Below, one piece after another: positions 40,691-54,542 of a DNA stretch of 64,000 bases. The translations under genes were made by a program, and so were the position numbers. Below the pieces are notes generated by a model. That model did no database searches. It worked only from the letters and a program-made list of their open reading frames with translations, and was not told the DNA's origin. The DNA comes from Botryllus schlosseri (taxonomy: Eukaryota). The DNA lies in NCBI GenBank assembly GCA_051294905.1, contig CM119371.1, positions 20,772,001 to 20,836,000 of the forward strand, in the 5' to 3' direction. Position 1 is the stretch's first letter; each line of letters begins with the position of its first letter.

Positions 40691-42071
40691 GAGCCGAAAA
40701 AATACTGAAGTTCAAGAAGACATGCCATTATGCGATTATGAAATTGACTGTGTGGGCGCAAATAACCACGAGTTGCAAGCGCCAATAATATACGTTAATA
40801 TAAACAAAACAACAACCACCAATTGGTCTCAGCTCCCCCTACCACCCAATTTATAGTCAGTGCACCTCCAAACGCTCATCTCATTGCGATTGCCCTATTC
40901 ACGTTTACCAACGCCCACAAGGAGCGCTGGCACCCACTTTGGCACTAGACTAATATGAACTGGAAACCCGTACCATAGGCCGCACACCAAAATTGACAAT
41001 TTATGGCGACAGCACATTCGTTACGGATTTCAATCCACGGGTTCTCTGGTATACGTTAGGCTATACAAGATGCACATTGCACAATCAGGTGTAGCGTTCG
41101 CGCTTTATACTGATCCCTATGGTGTTTATATTAGTCATGCATCTGAATCAGACATGGGGTAATCGCGATTAGTAATCGTAATCGATTACGACGATTACAG
41201 CATTTTCAAGTAATCGTAATCGCAATCGATTACATTCGAAAAAAATCCAAAGTAATCGTAATCGTAATCGACTACTTCGCATATCTAATCGATTTTTTCG
41301 TGAAAGAACGATTACTTTTTATTTGTACAATGAACATGACATAACCGAACAAGGAAGAGATATTCGAGAACAAGGAAGAGATATTATACCAGGTTATTTA
41401 TAGCGCAAGCGGTTGATTTTCGAACGCCACTGATCATTATTACGTCAGAAATATTAGCTTTGCTCGTCCTTGCGTAAGAAGTATCCACACGTAGTGAATA
41501 TATATTCTATGTACATTGTTGTGTGATTGTTAGAACAGTGTAAGCCATGCTGTATATCAGGTTATCAATACACTCCAGACGCCACTACCTTGCAGCAAGA
41601 TAATAATCACCACTCTGCCTAGTTTCAAATAGTTACTTTTGTATTGATGTTTGGTTATGCTTATAGTTAAACGCAGTTTGACCGTTGCTGCTTGGCGAGC
41701 AGTAGGCCTATCTATGTAGTATACGTATGTATTGTACGTACACCGGACAAAGATTTGAAGTTTTGTACTCGTCAGATAAAACGTTACGCTGCGTTTATCT
41801 ATCATAACCGAGCCGTTCTTTGCCGTTTCTCGTAACGGCATAACCGGCAGCTTGCAGTATCTGTATTAAGTGGAAGGTAGAATTTTAAGTTCACTTTATC
41901 TTATCCTCATATGACTACTTCAAACGGGCGCCAATCGTTATTTCACAATTCTTCACTCGACATTTATACCTGCCGCCATAGCCCTCCGCTTATGCACCAC
42001 GTAAGCGTGGGTTGTAGGTACAATCAGAACCAAAGCAGCAATTCGTCCCCCACTCCAACAATTGGTATTGG

Positions 42072-43664
42072 TAAGGTTTGTAACCAAGTTACAATGTTCT
42101 GAGTCGCAAGTCAATCTCACTTTTATAGTTATGACTCGAGTCAGAGAGAGAGAGAGAGAGAGAAATATTTATTGATTCGTCCAACCGAAACGAAAATAAC
42201 ATTGGCGCATGAAATTATAACAAGATACTTAACGGTGTAGGACAGGGTGTAATCGATATGACTCTGGGTAGGGTCAACTAGTCTGATCACACCCTGCATT
42301 AACAGTGACAGATATTCTTTATAAATTTGGTTGCAGTTGGTTGGGATTATCTAATTCATCATAGCATAACATAAATAATAACAATAACATGGAAAAAAGG
42401 GTAAGACAAGTGGTGTTAGTAATAGAAGATAAGGTGTCTGAATAATTCTTCTTTGAATAGGTGATAAGGAAGGTCTCTGATAGATGTAGGTATAGTGTTC
42501 CAGATATCAGGACCGACATATTCGATTGATTTCTTTGTGAGGTTACTGGTGGGAGGGCGTACATGGATGTTGCCCTTGGAAGAATATCTGGTGTTGTGGG
42601 AGTGTACACTTCGAGCAAGCACGAATAAATGGTTGAAGACGGGAAGCAAGTCATTCGAAAAATATCGATGCATTAATTTTGCAACTTCAAATACAAATAT
42701 GTCATCAAATTTCAAGATTCTGTGTTTGCGGTAGAACTGGGACAGTCTGGTTCGAAGGGGCAGGCCGGCCATCAAACGCAAGGCTCGGTGTTGCAGGGTT
42801 CGAGTTTTAGAGCAATGAGAGGTGCATGCAGTACCCCATACAATAATGCCATACTGCAGATACGAGTAGAAAAGTGAAAAATAAATTGTCCTAAGTACAG
42901 ATCTAGGAGCTATGTGCCTGAGTCGGGTCATTACACCAACACATCTAGAAAGCTGAGTAATGGTATGAGCAATGTGCGGTTTCCATGACAATTTAGAGTC
43001 AATGACAATTCCAAGATATTTTGTTGAGTCACAGAGGGAAATACGGTTGTTATTCAGATTCACAGTAAAGTTATCAGAGGCAGTATTAAAGAGTAGCATC
43101 ACAGTTTTATCAGTATTTAAACTCAGTTTGTTGGCAGCAAGCCATTGAGAGACTTTAATAAGTTCACTCTGCACAGTACTTTGTAGGTTGTTTACATTAT
43201 CTATTCAAGTCTATTCATTTTCAATCCCCCCCCCCCCGAGTCAAGTGCGAGTCCAAGTTAGCTAGTATAGGGTCGAGTCCGAGTCATATTTTTTGTCTCG
43301 AGTCCGAGTCCAAGTCGTTATGTTCACAGATCAGTTTTCTGATCAATCCGGTTCAACCCACTTTTTTCAACTCTGCTCGAGGGATATAGAATGGCTCGTG
43401 TTCATAATATCGTATTTTTCATCAGGTTTCACAGTTTACGGCCCCATTTCCAAGTATCAGGACTGATAGACGAAATACAAATAATGTGGTAACATTACTA
43501 TTCTTCGAAGTTACATGGAATGTCTGTATTGGCCGTTCTAGTCTCGAGTCATGCAAAATGACTCGAGTACAAGTCGAGGTAATACAAAAAATAACTCGAG
43601 TCAAGTGTAGTCACCAAAAAATCGCGACTCGAGTCGAGTCATGACTCGAGTCATTACAACCCTG
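42072..43664. mobile_element. hAT MITE with GACTCGAGTC repeats, nested in 41149-44746
   Basis: Perfect TSD ggtattgg. Ends taaggtttgtaa / ttacaaccctg. Confidence 0.8.
42143..43200 (-). mobile_element. 5'-truncated CR1-group (L2/Crack-like) LINE: RT C-terminus, 3' UTR and (TC)n tail
   Basis: Uninterrupted ORF 42416..43174 (WLAANKLSLNTDKT...KYLGIVIDSKLSWKPHI...GPDIWNTIP). The minus strand has AATAAA followed by (TC)n at 42143-42172. Confidence 0.92.
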
Positions 43665-45924
43665 GGTATTGGGGCCCCATAGGGTGGTCAGTTTTCAAGT
43701 TGATGAGTGAATTTCGTCAATAATATTGGTAATTGCATTATCTTGCTATTCATTCAGATTTACCGGTAGAGCTGGGGGCAAGTAATTCATAATTATAGCA
43801 TCTGGTATGTTGTTTTAATTTCATTATTGTATGTTGTTAATTCGTGACCTCCCGTCTTTTATATAATCAAAAGATACTGTAGTCGCCCAAACGTAGCAGA
43901 CTAAAAGAAAAACTTTCGTGAGACGCACACACAAATTGCCATATCTTCATTCCTCTGTGAGTGCCCCGGCCGGGTGGCATTTGCATTGTTGCGGCTCAGA
44001 TTGGAAGGACCGGACTATTCGTCACGCCCACAGAGCGCGGCTACTGACAATGGACACATACCCAACTTTTGGGCAAGGTCATTCTTGGGTAGCACACTTT
44101 GTGGAGTTGAATGTTGGCCGAAATTGCTTACGTCTTTTGGTGTGTCGTGGCGGGGTAATGACCGCCACCGAAATGCCTATTCCTATAAATTATGCATGCT
44201 TTTTTCTTGAGGGGGAGAGGTATGCATTTCAAAATCAAGCTATTTAGAGACATTAAATCCCGAAGCTCGAAGAAAATTTACAAGTTAAGAAACTCTCTTG
44301 AAAAATCGTTGATTTACAAAATACTTTAGAGTCCCCTTAGAGCTCGCTCCCGGTCCTATTGGGGAGTCTGGGGTGTGGCAGTTACGGACCTGGCAAGAAT
44401 GCAAATCGTTGGGTGCGACGAATAGTCCTGCATAGAGGTGGGCAAGGGGTGCATTATGACGTAACAAGCAAATGACGTATGACTGATAAAGAAAGTTGTT
44501 ATCTCATTAGACCTTTTTCATCGCAAGCCAAATTTATATTGTCTTCCAATATCTCTTCTGAAATTAGTTCTAAGAAGTAAAACAAATGTAATCGGGAGTA
44601 ATCGTGATTACTTTTGAAAAGTAATCGTAATCGTAATCGACTACTTCCTGATTTGGCTGTAATCGTAATCGTAATCGTAATCGCGGGATTCGCAAGTAAT
44701 CGTAATCGCAATCGATTACATTCGTGAAGTAATCACCCCATGTCTGATCTGAATCCTTCGGCGGTTGGGCACCTTGATACAGTCTCTGTAGCAGATTTGT
44801 CGTGAATCATCAGCTTCCTTAGAAGTTGTTTCACATTGACAAGGGGTTCTGCTGTACCCTAGCCCTATTAATATTACCCCTTATTCCAATCGAAATAGGT
44901 GCCAACTGCCAATTGTCGGTAAAGCCATTACGAACATAAGATGCGCAGGATATTTTTCAAGAATGAATGCCGTCAAATAGGCACCCATAATGATTAATCA
45001 GTAGGCCTCACGCAACGTTGTCAATTGCTAGCACCAGTTCCCAGTACAAGTATTTGATCCATAAACTTCAAGACCAGGTAGCGCAAAGAAGGAAAGAAAA
45101 CGGTGGTGCATCAGCGACATCGGAACATTGAATATATCTCTGTTTCGTGCCCAATAAGCTTACTCGCTTTTAATGATGACACTTCGATTCTATATGCTGT
45201 ATTATTTACTGCAACAAAATATGTGAATTTGGTTTTGTCGGTGTATCTCGTGGAGAAGATGTAAAAAAAACAAGATATATATTTAATCAGGCTATACTGA
45301 AATTATTGGGCCTTGTTTCGCCGCATCCTATTTGAACGATACCAACCCAATCCAGTTGTGAATTGTAATATCATTACTGATTTAGTTTAAAATCCACCAT
45401 AGGCATCTTGTTTTAGTTACAGATAAAATATGTTGCGAATAGTGAGCTCACAATACCGAACCTCCAGTTAGCTAATCAGATTTGATCGTCAGATTTTTTT
45501 TTACAATTTTTAAATTTCGCGTATAGATCAATATGTCGTTCTCGTGAATTGAATATTTCGATTTGAGGTTAAAGAAAGTGTAATGCTGTCACCCTAACTA
45601 AACTTCAAACAACGCTTCACTATAGTATACCTATGTATAGTATGTTTCGCATGGTATGGCTGGAGGCCGCGTGTTGATTTTGTTGAGTTAGGGAGTTGGC
45701 TCAGAGTGCGGCAGAAGATAGATGGGAGTGATTGTGAAGTAGGCCTATTAGTAGTCGGGAGCAGCAGCATGAAGTACTGGTGGTATCAGGCAGTTAAGGA
45801 GTGAAGTAGTGGTAGTTGGCTTTGTATTTACAGGCTGGAGTTGGATGTACCTGTCGGAATCTCCGTGAGGACAGTTGGATTGGCCACGGGCTGGCCACTG
45901 ACGATGCTACTCGACCATCTGGGG

Positions 45925-46949
45925 CAGGGCCGGACAAAATGCCCTCGCGGGCCGCGGGCAGCTTCTCGCCTTACATGATAATGTGGCCCGCCGACGATCA
46001 GTCTGCCGAGATTCCCTACTACTTGATTACTACATCAAATTTTAGTGACTGTATATTAATATATTCGTGTGTGCGCACTGTACAGCATGCGAGAGTGAAG
46101 CTTCCTGGTAAGTTCGTCGAAGCGAGAAGGGGCGAAGCGACAGTTAACTTAGATTTTTTTCGCGCTCCACGCGATTTACCTTAGGCTCATGGTCTTTACG
46201 CTATCTATGGTCCGAATTTCAGATTTAAGAATTCTCTCATCAATAGCCATAACCTTTAATACCATCCAACTATCCGTTGGGATGGTTAGCATTCTGATTC
46301 GCCTCATTAATATTTGTGATATCACGATAAGTGGGCGCGGAATTTTTCACTATCAAAAGGGGGGTGGCGTGTTAAAAAAAACCGACAAGATAGCGTAATG
46401 GTTAAGCGTCCGGCATTCTGATCGGTAGGTCGTGGGTTCGATTCCCGGCCGGGTCAGACCAAAGACCTAATTAGTAACACTGGTACCCAAGGCTTCCCTG
46501 CTTGGCGCTCATGCATTACTGGGATAGCATGGAGGGGTGGTGCATGACTTGGAAAGCCGTAAAGGCTATATCTGCACTTCCTTGTCCAGCGGCATATGCA
46601 CTTTATGCACTCATGGTATGCATATGCGCAGATCGTGTGTATGTGTATCGTGAGTCGGTGTATATGCCGCAATAACATCAAGGCCAAAAATAAACTACGT
46701 CCTTCCTTCCAGTTGGAGAACCACATGACAATGCTGTTCTCAAATACACATTTTCTTCGTCATGGTCGGCGAGAAATTGCTTTTAAATAACACTGCTTCG
46801 TTAAAATACTATCATTAAATACGATTCATACCATGTATAATGTATATGTGAAGAAATGGGCAAATAATGTATCGATTCAGCAATCCGGCCCGCGAAGTAC
46901 TTAATTTTCTTATATCCGGCCCGCCGACTGGAGAAGTTGCCCGCCCCTG
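45925..46949. mobile_element. Non-autonomous hAT (Charlie-like) element containing a SINE
   Basis: Ends cagggccggacaa / ttgcccgcccctg. TSD atctgggg / atctaggg. Confidence 0.75.
46384..46560 (+). mobile_element. tRNA-derived SINE, probably MetaSINE superfamily
   Basis: A box tagcgtaatgg (46391) and B box ggttcgattcc (46435). Followed by gggtcagaccaaagac...tggtacc...cttccctgcttggcgctc, which resembles the Meta central domain as I recall it. Confidence 0.75.
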
Positions 46950-47738
46950 ATCTAGGGCATGGGCGGCACATTTCTCCGGTAAGCGGGCTTGATATGGGGA
47001 AATAAAGTATTTGGCGAGCCAGATTACAGACTCGATTCAATATTCGCTTATTCCTCAACCTTACAAGGAATAAATCGTGTTCATTGTAAACTTTAAGTTT
47101 AAGGCATAGAGATTAAAACAGTATTTAATGAATTTATTAACGTAAGATAAATCAATAGCTGTTGAGGTCAATCAGACACCTGTGGTCGATCAAAGTTTTA
47201 AGCAGGTTCCGGGAACTCAGAATTCATGTCCGATGTAAAACCCGTCTTGACGAAAAAAAGTATATTTTCCAGTCCTACTTCCGAATGACCCGCCCGACCG
47301 ATAGCATTAAAGGTTTCGCGTCATTTGTGGGGTTTGTTAGTTCAGCATGGCCATTTGCCTGGCTGTCAAAGCTGTAAATGAGGAATAATTTCCAAATAGG
47401 ATGACATTTAAGCGTCATCGGAGGACATTTTCGATTTCCCGGAAAAGTAGGACAAATGGCAACCCAAACCATAATGAGAACATGAGTTTAGTGTGAATGG
47501 CCCTTTCGAGTATTGTGCCACGGAATATAATCTAATATATAACCGTATAGATTTGTGTTGTTTTGAGTTTCGTTTGCGAGTGCCACGAGTTGGGAAAAGA
47601 CGAGATCCTGAGCCCACAAGCATGTCCGTGTTCCGTTATTGCATCGTACGCCATTTCAATTATTGTTGACCTATTTAATGATGATGTTGGGTTACGGTGG
47701 TTATACTGATCATAAATACTTGCATATGCTTATTACAG

Positions 47739-47909
47739 ATAACTACTCATCCGGATCTTATCTGGGTAAATTACCTGGAAAAAATTGAGTCAGTGAACAT
47801 CACATTTCTGAATGGGATATGTCCCGCTCTAATGGACGGATATCGTGAGCTTGAAGTGATCCTGAAAAATTCGAAAGAGGAAATGGCCGCGATGCGGAAA
47901 AGTAGTCGG
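47739..47909 (+). CDS. Exon I (171 nt): ITTHPDLIWVNYLEKIESVNITFLNGICPALMDGYRELEVILKNSKEEMAAMRKSSR
   Basis: Acceptor ttattacag, donor cgg|gtattc, phase 0/0. Same length as exon E. Confidence 0.7.
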
Positions 47910-48596
47910 GTATTCGCCTAACCTAAGCTTCTTATATTGGTTATAATATCCATATTTTAGGTTGTGTCAACTGAGTGGCATTTAAACATCGTGAAAGCTC
48001 CTTTATGTAACAGAAGTATGGTTCATTTTGTTTGCAAAGAGACAAATAACCGTGGAGTGACGGAAACTAACTTGCTTCAAGTGACACATTGACATTTTCT
48101 ACCTGAACTATCGTCGAGACAATTACCACAACCTTACCCCAACCTAAATTCATCACTGGTCCCAATTTATAGTGTGTGGACTAGTTTTTCATTGGTGAAA
48201 GTATCATTGTGATTTTTAAGTGAAAATATAGAATTAGCGTAATAAACATAATTACAGTGTGCTCTGAATGGAACCTTTCTTTATTGTTGACCAAGAAACA
48301 AAATAGAAACAGTATTACCGGATGAGGTAGCCTACACGACAACGAGACGTCACTTGAGACGATCAAAACTGGGACTTTATATCCTGTCTCTTTTATATCT
48401 TCTTTAATTTTGTATTATTTATTATATAATGATGATGTCTCGGCTACATCGGTGATTTCACGCGGATATTGTTTATTATGATTGCTGATATGCCGACTTG
48501 TTGCACAGAACACTTACGTTCCACGGTTTTCTTAACCATTGCTTTCATAAATAAGAGTATGGTCGACGCATAAATAAACTTCCAACGCTTTGGTAG

Positions 48597-48680
48597 TGCG
48601 AGGAATAGCGTAGTGGTATGATCCACAGCTGCAACACCAAACGGTTTCGGATTCGAATCCGACCGAGGTCGACTCCAGAA
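48597..48680 (+). mobile_element. Truncated tRNA-derived SINE head
   Basis: A box tagcgtagtgg and B-box-like ggattcgaatcc. No closable cloverleaf. Followed by a hAT-like end (cagtgacgtgtggt). Confidence 0.5.
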
Positions 48681-49659
48681 TTCCTACCTAAGCAGTGACG
48701 TGTGGTAGGGTCGTGGCTGGTAAGGCAGTGACCCCTTTAGAGACAGATTAACAAATATATAAACTCAGAATGGTTGCTGATCCAGTTGGAGACATCTTCC
48801 TTATCACATTAGCATGCTTTACACGAAGACTGCTTAAGAAGCTACTTATTGTACGTATCCATAATTGTAGGTCAGGCATATATATGGATGGAAAATACAT
48901 AACAGCTACACGTCAATGAATTGGCCCTGGAATGCATGTTGTCCGTGGCAATCTCGCGATTACCGGGGTTTGCGAAGTGGATACCGCATTGTTTCACTAC
49001 GCAGCGATTTCGGATTGTTAGCAAACGATGGGTTACAAGGCAAATACATATGTCACTCGCCTAGTCATGTTTATTTGCATTGTCATTGCAATTAACAAAA
49101 TCAAAGCTGAGTCACACATTTTCTAGCGATTTGCGGGGTTCTGGTGTTCTGACGTTAATATGAGATATGCACATTGCGCAGTCGCAGGTGTGACTTGGCC
49201 CTTCTGTGATTCACTTTTGCTGCACTACTCGTGCAATACTTTTCAACAATAAATTAGCAAACCATCCAACGTAAAATGTTTAAAATTCAGTCATTCATAT
49301 ATATCGATAGAAAATACCTATATTTATTTATATTATTTTATTAAAGATTTCACAATTCTATTTTGGTCATCTTGCGCACGTCACTGTACCTGACTGTTGG
49401 AGGATTATCTAGGCTTCAGCCTGCCATCTAATTCGCACAAACACTGTCTCATAGAAATAAAGTTCTCGAGATGGGCCGTGTTTTAAGTTGGCAGATATGG
49501 AATCAGAATGAAGAAAGTCGGCCCGGTCAAAAGTAAATGACCATTGTAGCCGAAAAAATATGAAAACCGCAAACAAAAACGAAACCAACAAAAACGATAT
49601 GGTAGGAATTGGGGGCCTCTCCTGGTCGGATTCGAACACGCAACAGTGGCATGGCATGA

Positions 49660-50200
49660 TATGGTATCATAGTGTCCTATATGGAGTAGATCAAAGGCAA
49701 ATTTGCGGCCATTTTTACCGGCTTGCGAAGCAATAAATTCAGTCAAACGGGTATCAATGGAAAGCTGCTGCTGTACTTATTTCGAACTTTTTTTTCTGTT
49801 CATGATCCTGGAACCCCAAAATCATCCTATAAATTTACATTGTGATCGAGTTTGGTCATTGTGACATGAAAATTCTGCGTGGCAAAACGAAAGTGAGTCT
49901 AAGAAAAAAGCGGCGGGCAGTCTTGTTGCGTCACAATGTAAAAACTCGATCACATGCAAATTTTCGACGCAGATTTCAGGGGGTTCTTGGACCATGGACA
50001 AAATAAAATTTATATTTTTCTAATCAGTACAGCAGCAGCTGTCCATTGATACCCGTTTTGTTTTATTGAATTTAGTGCTCGGCAATCCGGTCAAAAATTG
50101 CCGTTATTTTCCTTCGCTCAAATAAAAAGCATGACGTAATCCAATGCAGTGATCCGTTCAGTCTCGCCGTGTCCACACCATATATGACACTATGATGGTA
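49660..50200. mobile_element. Fold-back (long inverted repeat) element
   Basis: aaacgggtatcaatgga.agctgctgctgtact / agtacagcagcagct.tccattgatacccgttt; atcatagtgtc.tatatgg / ccatata.gacactatgat. Confidence 0.8.
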
Positions 50201-51104
50201 TGGTATGGGAAGAAATTTCGGCATGGAATATTGGAATGTGCAAGTATGGTAGAGTAGGGAAATTTCCAAGTATGATAGGGATATTGTGTTCCGTGCCTTA
50301 GTTTTGCAGTTCTGCCAGAACCATGAAAATGACCAAACTTTTGAATTTGCAAATCGATTGCATGCCTTGTCTCGACTCGAGCCAAGTCGAGTCATCAAAA
50401 AAGCACAACTCGAGTCATTAAATGCCTGGTGGTAATCATCACATTTCGAACCATGACACACGCAACCGGATTACCCATTTTTTTCATCGCGCTAAAGGCT
50501 ACAACGCGCGCACTGATGCAGTTGAATTAGGATAAAAAACAGGATTTTGTACGAACTAAGAGTTTGTGGGTGAAATTGATCCTAAGACGCGGATAGACAG
50601 AAGCCCTGGCATCATATAACAGCAATATCAGATTATATTACAATGACGTCACGGCATCAGATGACGTGGTTGTTATTGATTTCTCGTTTTTTGAAGTCGA
50701 TTCATGATTATATCGCAGCGTTTTCAAGTCGCTGAATGTATGATTCCGTGGCCAATTGATGATTTCCATGTCGGCATACGCGAAGGGAAAATATCAAAGT
50801 TATTTACCCTGCACATACCTACGTAACGAGTAGTATTACCTCTCCTACCTCTACCGAGTACAAACCTACTATTTTGCATTAACTGTGGTTAAAAATTGAA
50901 ACATATTTCGGAGCATATTTAGACAGAAAGTTGTATCAGATGTACAGATGTACAGATGTACACCGTGATTTACAATTGCGACACATCTGCAAATCGAATT
51001 TGAACCAAGGTTAATACTGAAGAATAAAGTGCATCATTTGGATATACATTACAGTATATAAATCGAAAATTTCAAGCATTCACTAACATTATCGACTTTT
51101 ACAG

Positions 51105-51176
51105 GAAGACATGGAGAAAAAACTCACTCTGTTCATGACGCACATTGTGATAACTATACATGAGGAATTCCAAAAA
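51105..51176 (+). CDS. Exon J (72 nt): EDMEKKLTLFMTHIVITIHEEFQK
   Basis: Acceptor cttttacag, donor aaa|gtgagg, phase 0/0. Confidence 0.75.
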
Positions 51177-51586
51177 GTGAGGAAATTTAAGTTAAGAATC
51201 AATACATTTTATTTGCTCTATTGATTTCCGGAATGAGACTTATACCTCTCTATCCACGACATCGATGTCTAACGCATATCACAGTTGTTCTCAGATGTTT
51301 TAGACACGCCTCATGAATGTTAGTGAAGAATTTCGCGTCATCGTATTGTGATATTAAAAAATATTAGGAGGAACAACCAGAATATTTGTAATTTCAACGT
51401 ATAATTTGATGGCATGGACGGTTATCACGGTTAGGAGACCTCTCAAAGATGAAAATTAGACTATAAGAGCAATAATTATTGCCTAATTATAATTACAATA
51501 TTTGAGCAAAAACTGTCGGTTGAATATTTTTTTAATATTTCAATATATTTTTCGATATTTTTCAAATGCAACGACGGTACGTAGAA

Positions 51587-52826
51587 CAGAGGTCTCAAAC
51601 ACGCGGCCCCCGGGCCGCATGCGGCCGGCGAGATCATTCTGTGCGGCCCGCGACGGCATTTTGAAATTTCAAGTATTCATCAAAATATTCAAGTGCTATA
51701 TATCCTTTTTAGATACAAGAACCTAATGTTCACCCTAAAACTATGCTATAAAAATCACTGAAATCTCAACAAACACTATCACATCACTTTTAAAAGTGAC
51801 CATGCAGTAGAAGATCAGAGCTATTACGTCACATTTCTAGTTCATGATGAAAAAACATGACCCGTTGTTGATTTCTGACTGAAAATTGTGATTTGGTTTG
51901 GTTGGACCTTTCGTTAAATTATAATCTATTTCGGATTAACTGGGTGAATAAATAAAAACGACTCGAGTTGAGTCGGGTCAAGCGTTAAAATTAGAGAAGT
52001 ACTTGCGACTCGCAACGGGGACTTGGTAATCCTATGAACGCTACAATCTATGAAACTGTCATGGGGAATATATAGTATTACAGCAAAAGGTCGTAGCTTG
52101 CGTTGCGTAGGTTATATAGATAGCTATCTAATCAAGCCAGCCTGGCAACCATCGGCATTCTGTGACCCCCCGTGACGCATAGTTGGTTACATGCTGGGTG
52201 TTTTCGTTCTCTTTATCTATGTTATTATCGGTGGCGAGTAAGGTAATAGTACGCTCTACAGTTGTAACACCAATGCATTCTTTGGCTATTGAGCATTTCT
52301 GTTCCAGGGGTTCTTAACCAGGGTCCGTAGAGCCCATCTGGGTACGAAGAACCACATCAGGGGGTACGAGATGCATTGTGGAATTAGGCCGATATGCTGT
52401 GGAATGTTATCTCTACGAATTTATTCTGATATCAGATCAATCGTTAGTAGATTTAAAAATATTCTACGTAAAATCGTGGCACGTCAAAGGTCCAATAGCT
52501 GCAATATCATAACCCGACAGTTTTACGATGTCATAATCAATCGTCTCGCATGGTGTCTATAACTCATTATTTTAACAAATTATGCCCGGCACAAAAACAA
52601 TTTGATCCGAAAATTTGAAAGTGTGATTTTCTCCGTATCAAGCATGAATAGTACAATAGTGAATTCCATTTCCACGATGTTTGTGGAATGCTTGTCTGCA
52701 AGATCCCGTTAAACAAGGCCTACCTGGAAATCATACATTGAATATCCGTATTATTGATGCTGCGGCCCGCGGCGTCATCAGAAGTAGGAAATTGGCCCGC
52801 GAGCACATTTGAGTTTGAGACCTCTG
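51587..52826. mobile_element. Non-autonomous hAT element, reverse copy of 26009-27572 without the nested MITE
   Basis: TIRs cagaggtctcaaac / gtttgagacctctg. TSD acgtagaa / acgtaaaa. Confidence 0.9.
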
Positions 52827-54542
52827 ACGTAAAATATGTTTATTTGTGGTATTCATGGTGTTTGTCGACTACTATGGTCAATTTTTCATCCAAGCCAGGC
52901 CGATATTCCTCATTCTTATTCCGCTCCGTAACTGCAGACCTGTAGCACGGCCAACCTCTAAGCCGTATGTAAGACACCGCTTACGCGAATAAGATGGCGA
53001 GGAGGACCCTAGATATATACTTAAAATGCTTTCAACCCATGGTGCGGGCCGCACGAATTTCAGGCCTGGTACTTGTTACGAGAAAAACATACTCGGGTCG
53101 CAGGTGTTTGGTCACAGAATATTCCAGTTGACTACTTCTGGCCTGCAATAACATGCGCTTCTTAAGAGTGGAAGTATACAAATTGTGTCTTGATTGGGTC
53201 TACTCGTAGCGGCTACGTCGACTTTCTAAGCCACGTCGATTTAAACTATTGCTTCTTAGATTCATAAGGCACATTATTCATGGCAGATGACATGACCTTC
53301 TAAGTTAATATCCTATTTCTCCGTGACTCTGAGTCTTTCTCGACAGACAGACCATAAAAGCATCAGCGAACCCCCAAACGCAGTCACCAGCTAATCCAAA
53401 TTCAGAGACCTTATTTTATCGATGCAAGGTCCGGTATCAGCCACAATGTAACGTCAGTGTACGGATGGTACGACGCTACTATGACTACCGATGACCAGTT
53501 AATTTGAGTAAATAACCAAAATTGCATCTATGAATGTCATCAATGCACATCCTGCCACGGGTTAATTTGTGCGTGGTGCTTTGAATACTCGTTGGTAAAT
53601 GAAAAAAATGCTCTCCTGTTTATTTTGTCTGTGTTTAAAAATTACCGTCTTTCCATCGTAGGCTTATGCATCGCCTAGGCCTACTTGGTTGTATCAGCAA
53701 ATTACTGCTACGCAGTGTTTAGTTGAAGCACGTTCTATTGTGGCGAACGGAGTCTAGTCTGACAAATTTCTAATCTTAGGAGAATGTGCTATAAATAGGA
53801 ATATATAGGATATTATAGTTTTCAATATATCGGAAAGAATAGCATTATATAGCACACCTATCGCTCAAACTGATTCCGACAATATACTGTAAATTAGTCA
53901 TGCCAGTGGAACCCTCTAAAATTACCCTAATATACCAAAAACTACATTTTCATGTGTATTCATTTCGGCTAGGGTACCCGTAATAAAAAAAATCTAGTGA
54001 CAATAAATATTGCGAAGCTCGAAAAAAATAACATATGTTGAATAAATCTGCCTCATTCTCAGCGAAGTCTCGTGTATCATGCCATTACCGGTCATCACAG
54101 CTTTAGATATTGCCGTATTGTTTGATCGCACCTAATCTTGTCTTCATAGAAACACGTTGGTACTCCACTGATAACAGCATTGTAGTTTGAGGTCCACTGC
54201 CGGTACCAACATGGAGCAGTCTGCCTTGTTCACTTTTCAATTCCAAACCTTAGCTACATTGTACATAATCAAATTTTGAGACTTGTTGATACGTCAGCAC
54301 AGTACTAATCTCAAACGGTACGCGAGTAACAAAGTTTAGAAATCACCATCGCAGATACTTCAGGAGGTTGCGATATCTCAATAATTACTATTGTAATCTA
54401 CTTTCATGATACTTCTATATTTGAATTTCGTAACGGCGTACTTAACTATATGCTGCCTCTTGTCGAAGTACCAATAGGTAACATTTTCGACAGGTTACTT
54501 CTCAATTTACTCTCACAAATTTACCGGATTTTGTCAATTAAG

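Larger units (their letters stand above)
41149..44746. mobile_element. hAT element with GTAATC subterminal repeats, enlarged by nested insertions
   Basis: Perfect 12-bp TIRs cagacatggggt / accccatgtctg. Perfect TSD atctgaat. Confidence 0.9.

Noticed and set aside
40082..40856. Longer overlapping ORFs (185 and 141 aa)
   Set aside because: They run across SINE and repeat sequence, with no domain motifs or fitting splice sites.
46384..46455. Functional tRNA gene (also at about 40500 and 48600)
   Set aside because: A and B boxes are present, but there is no clean acceptor/anticodon cloverleaf or oligo-T terminator, and each runs into a SINE-like body.
54450..54542. N-terminal part of ORF 54450..54836 as a stand-alone gene, and the alternative acceptor at 54493
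   Set aside because: This part reads as intron. The 54493 acceptor hits TAA after 15 codons in phase 0, whereas 54542 gives the long frame.
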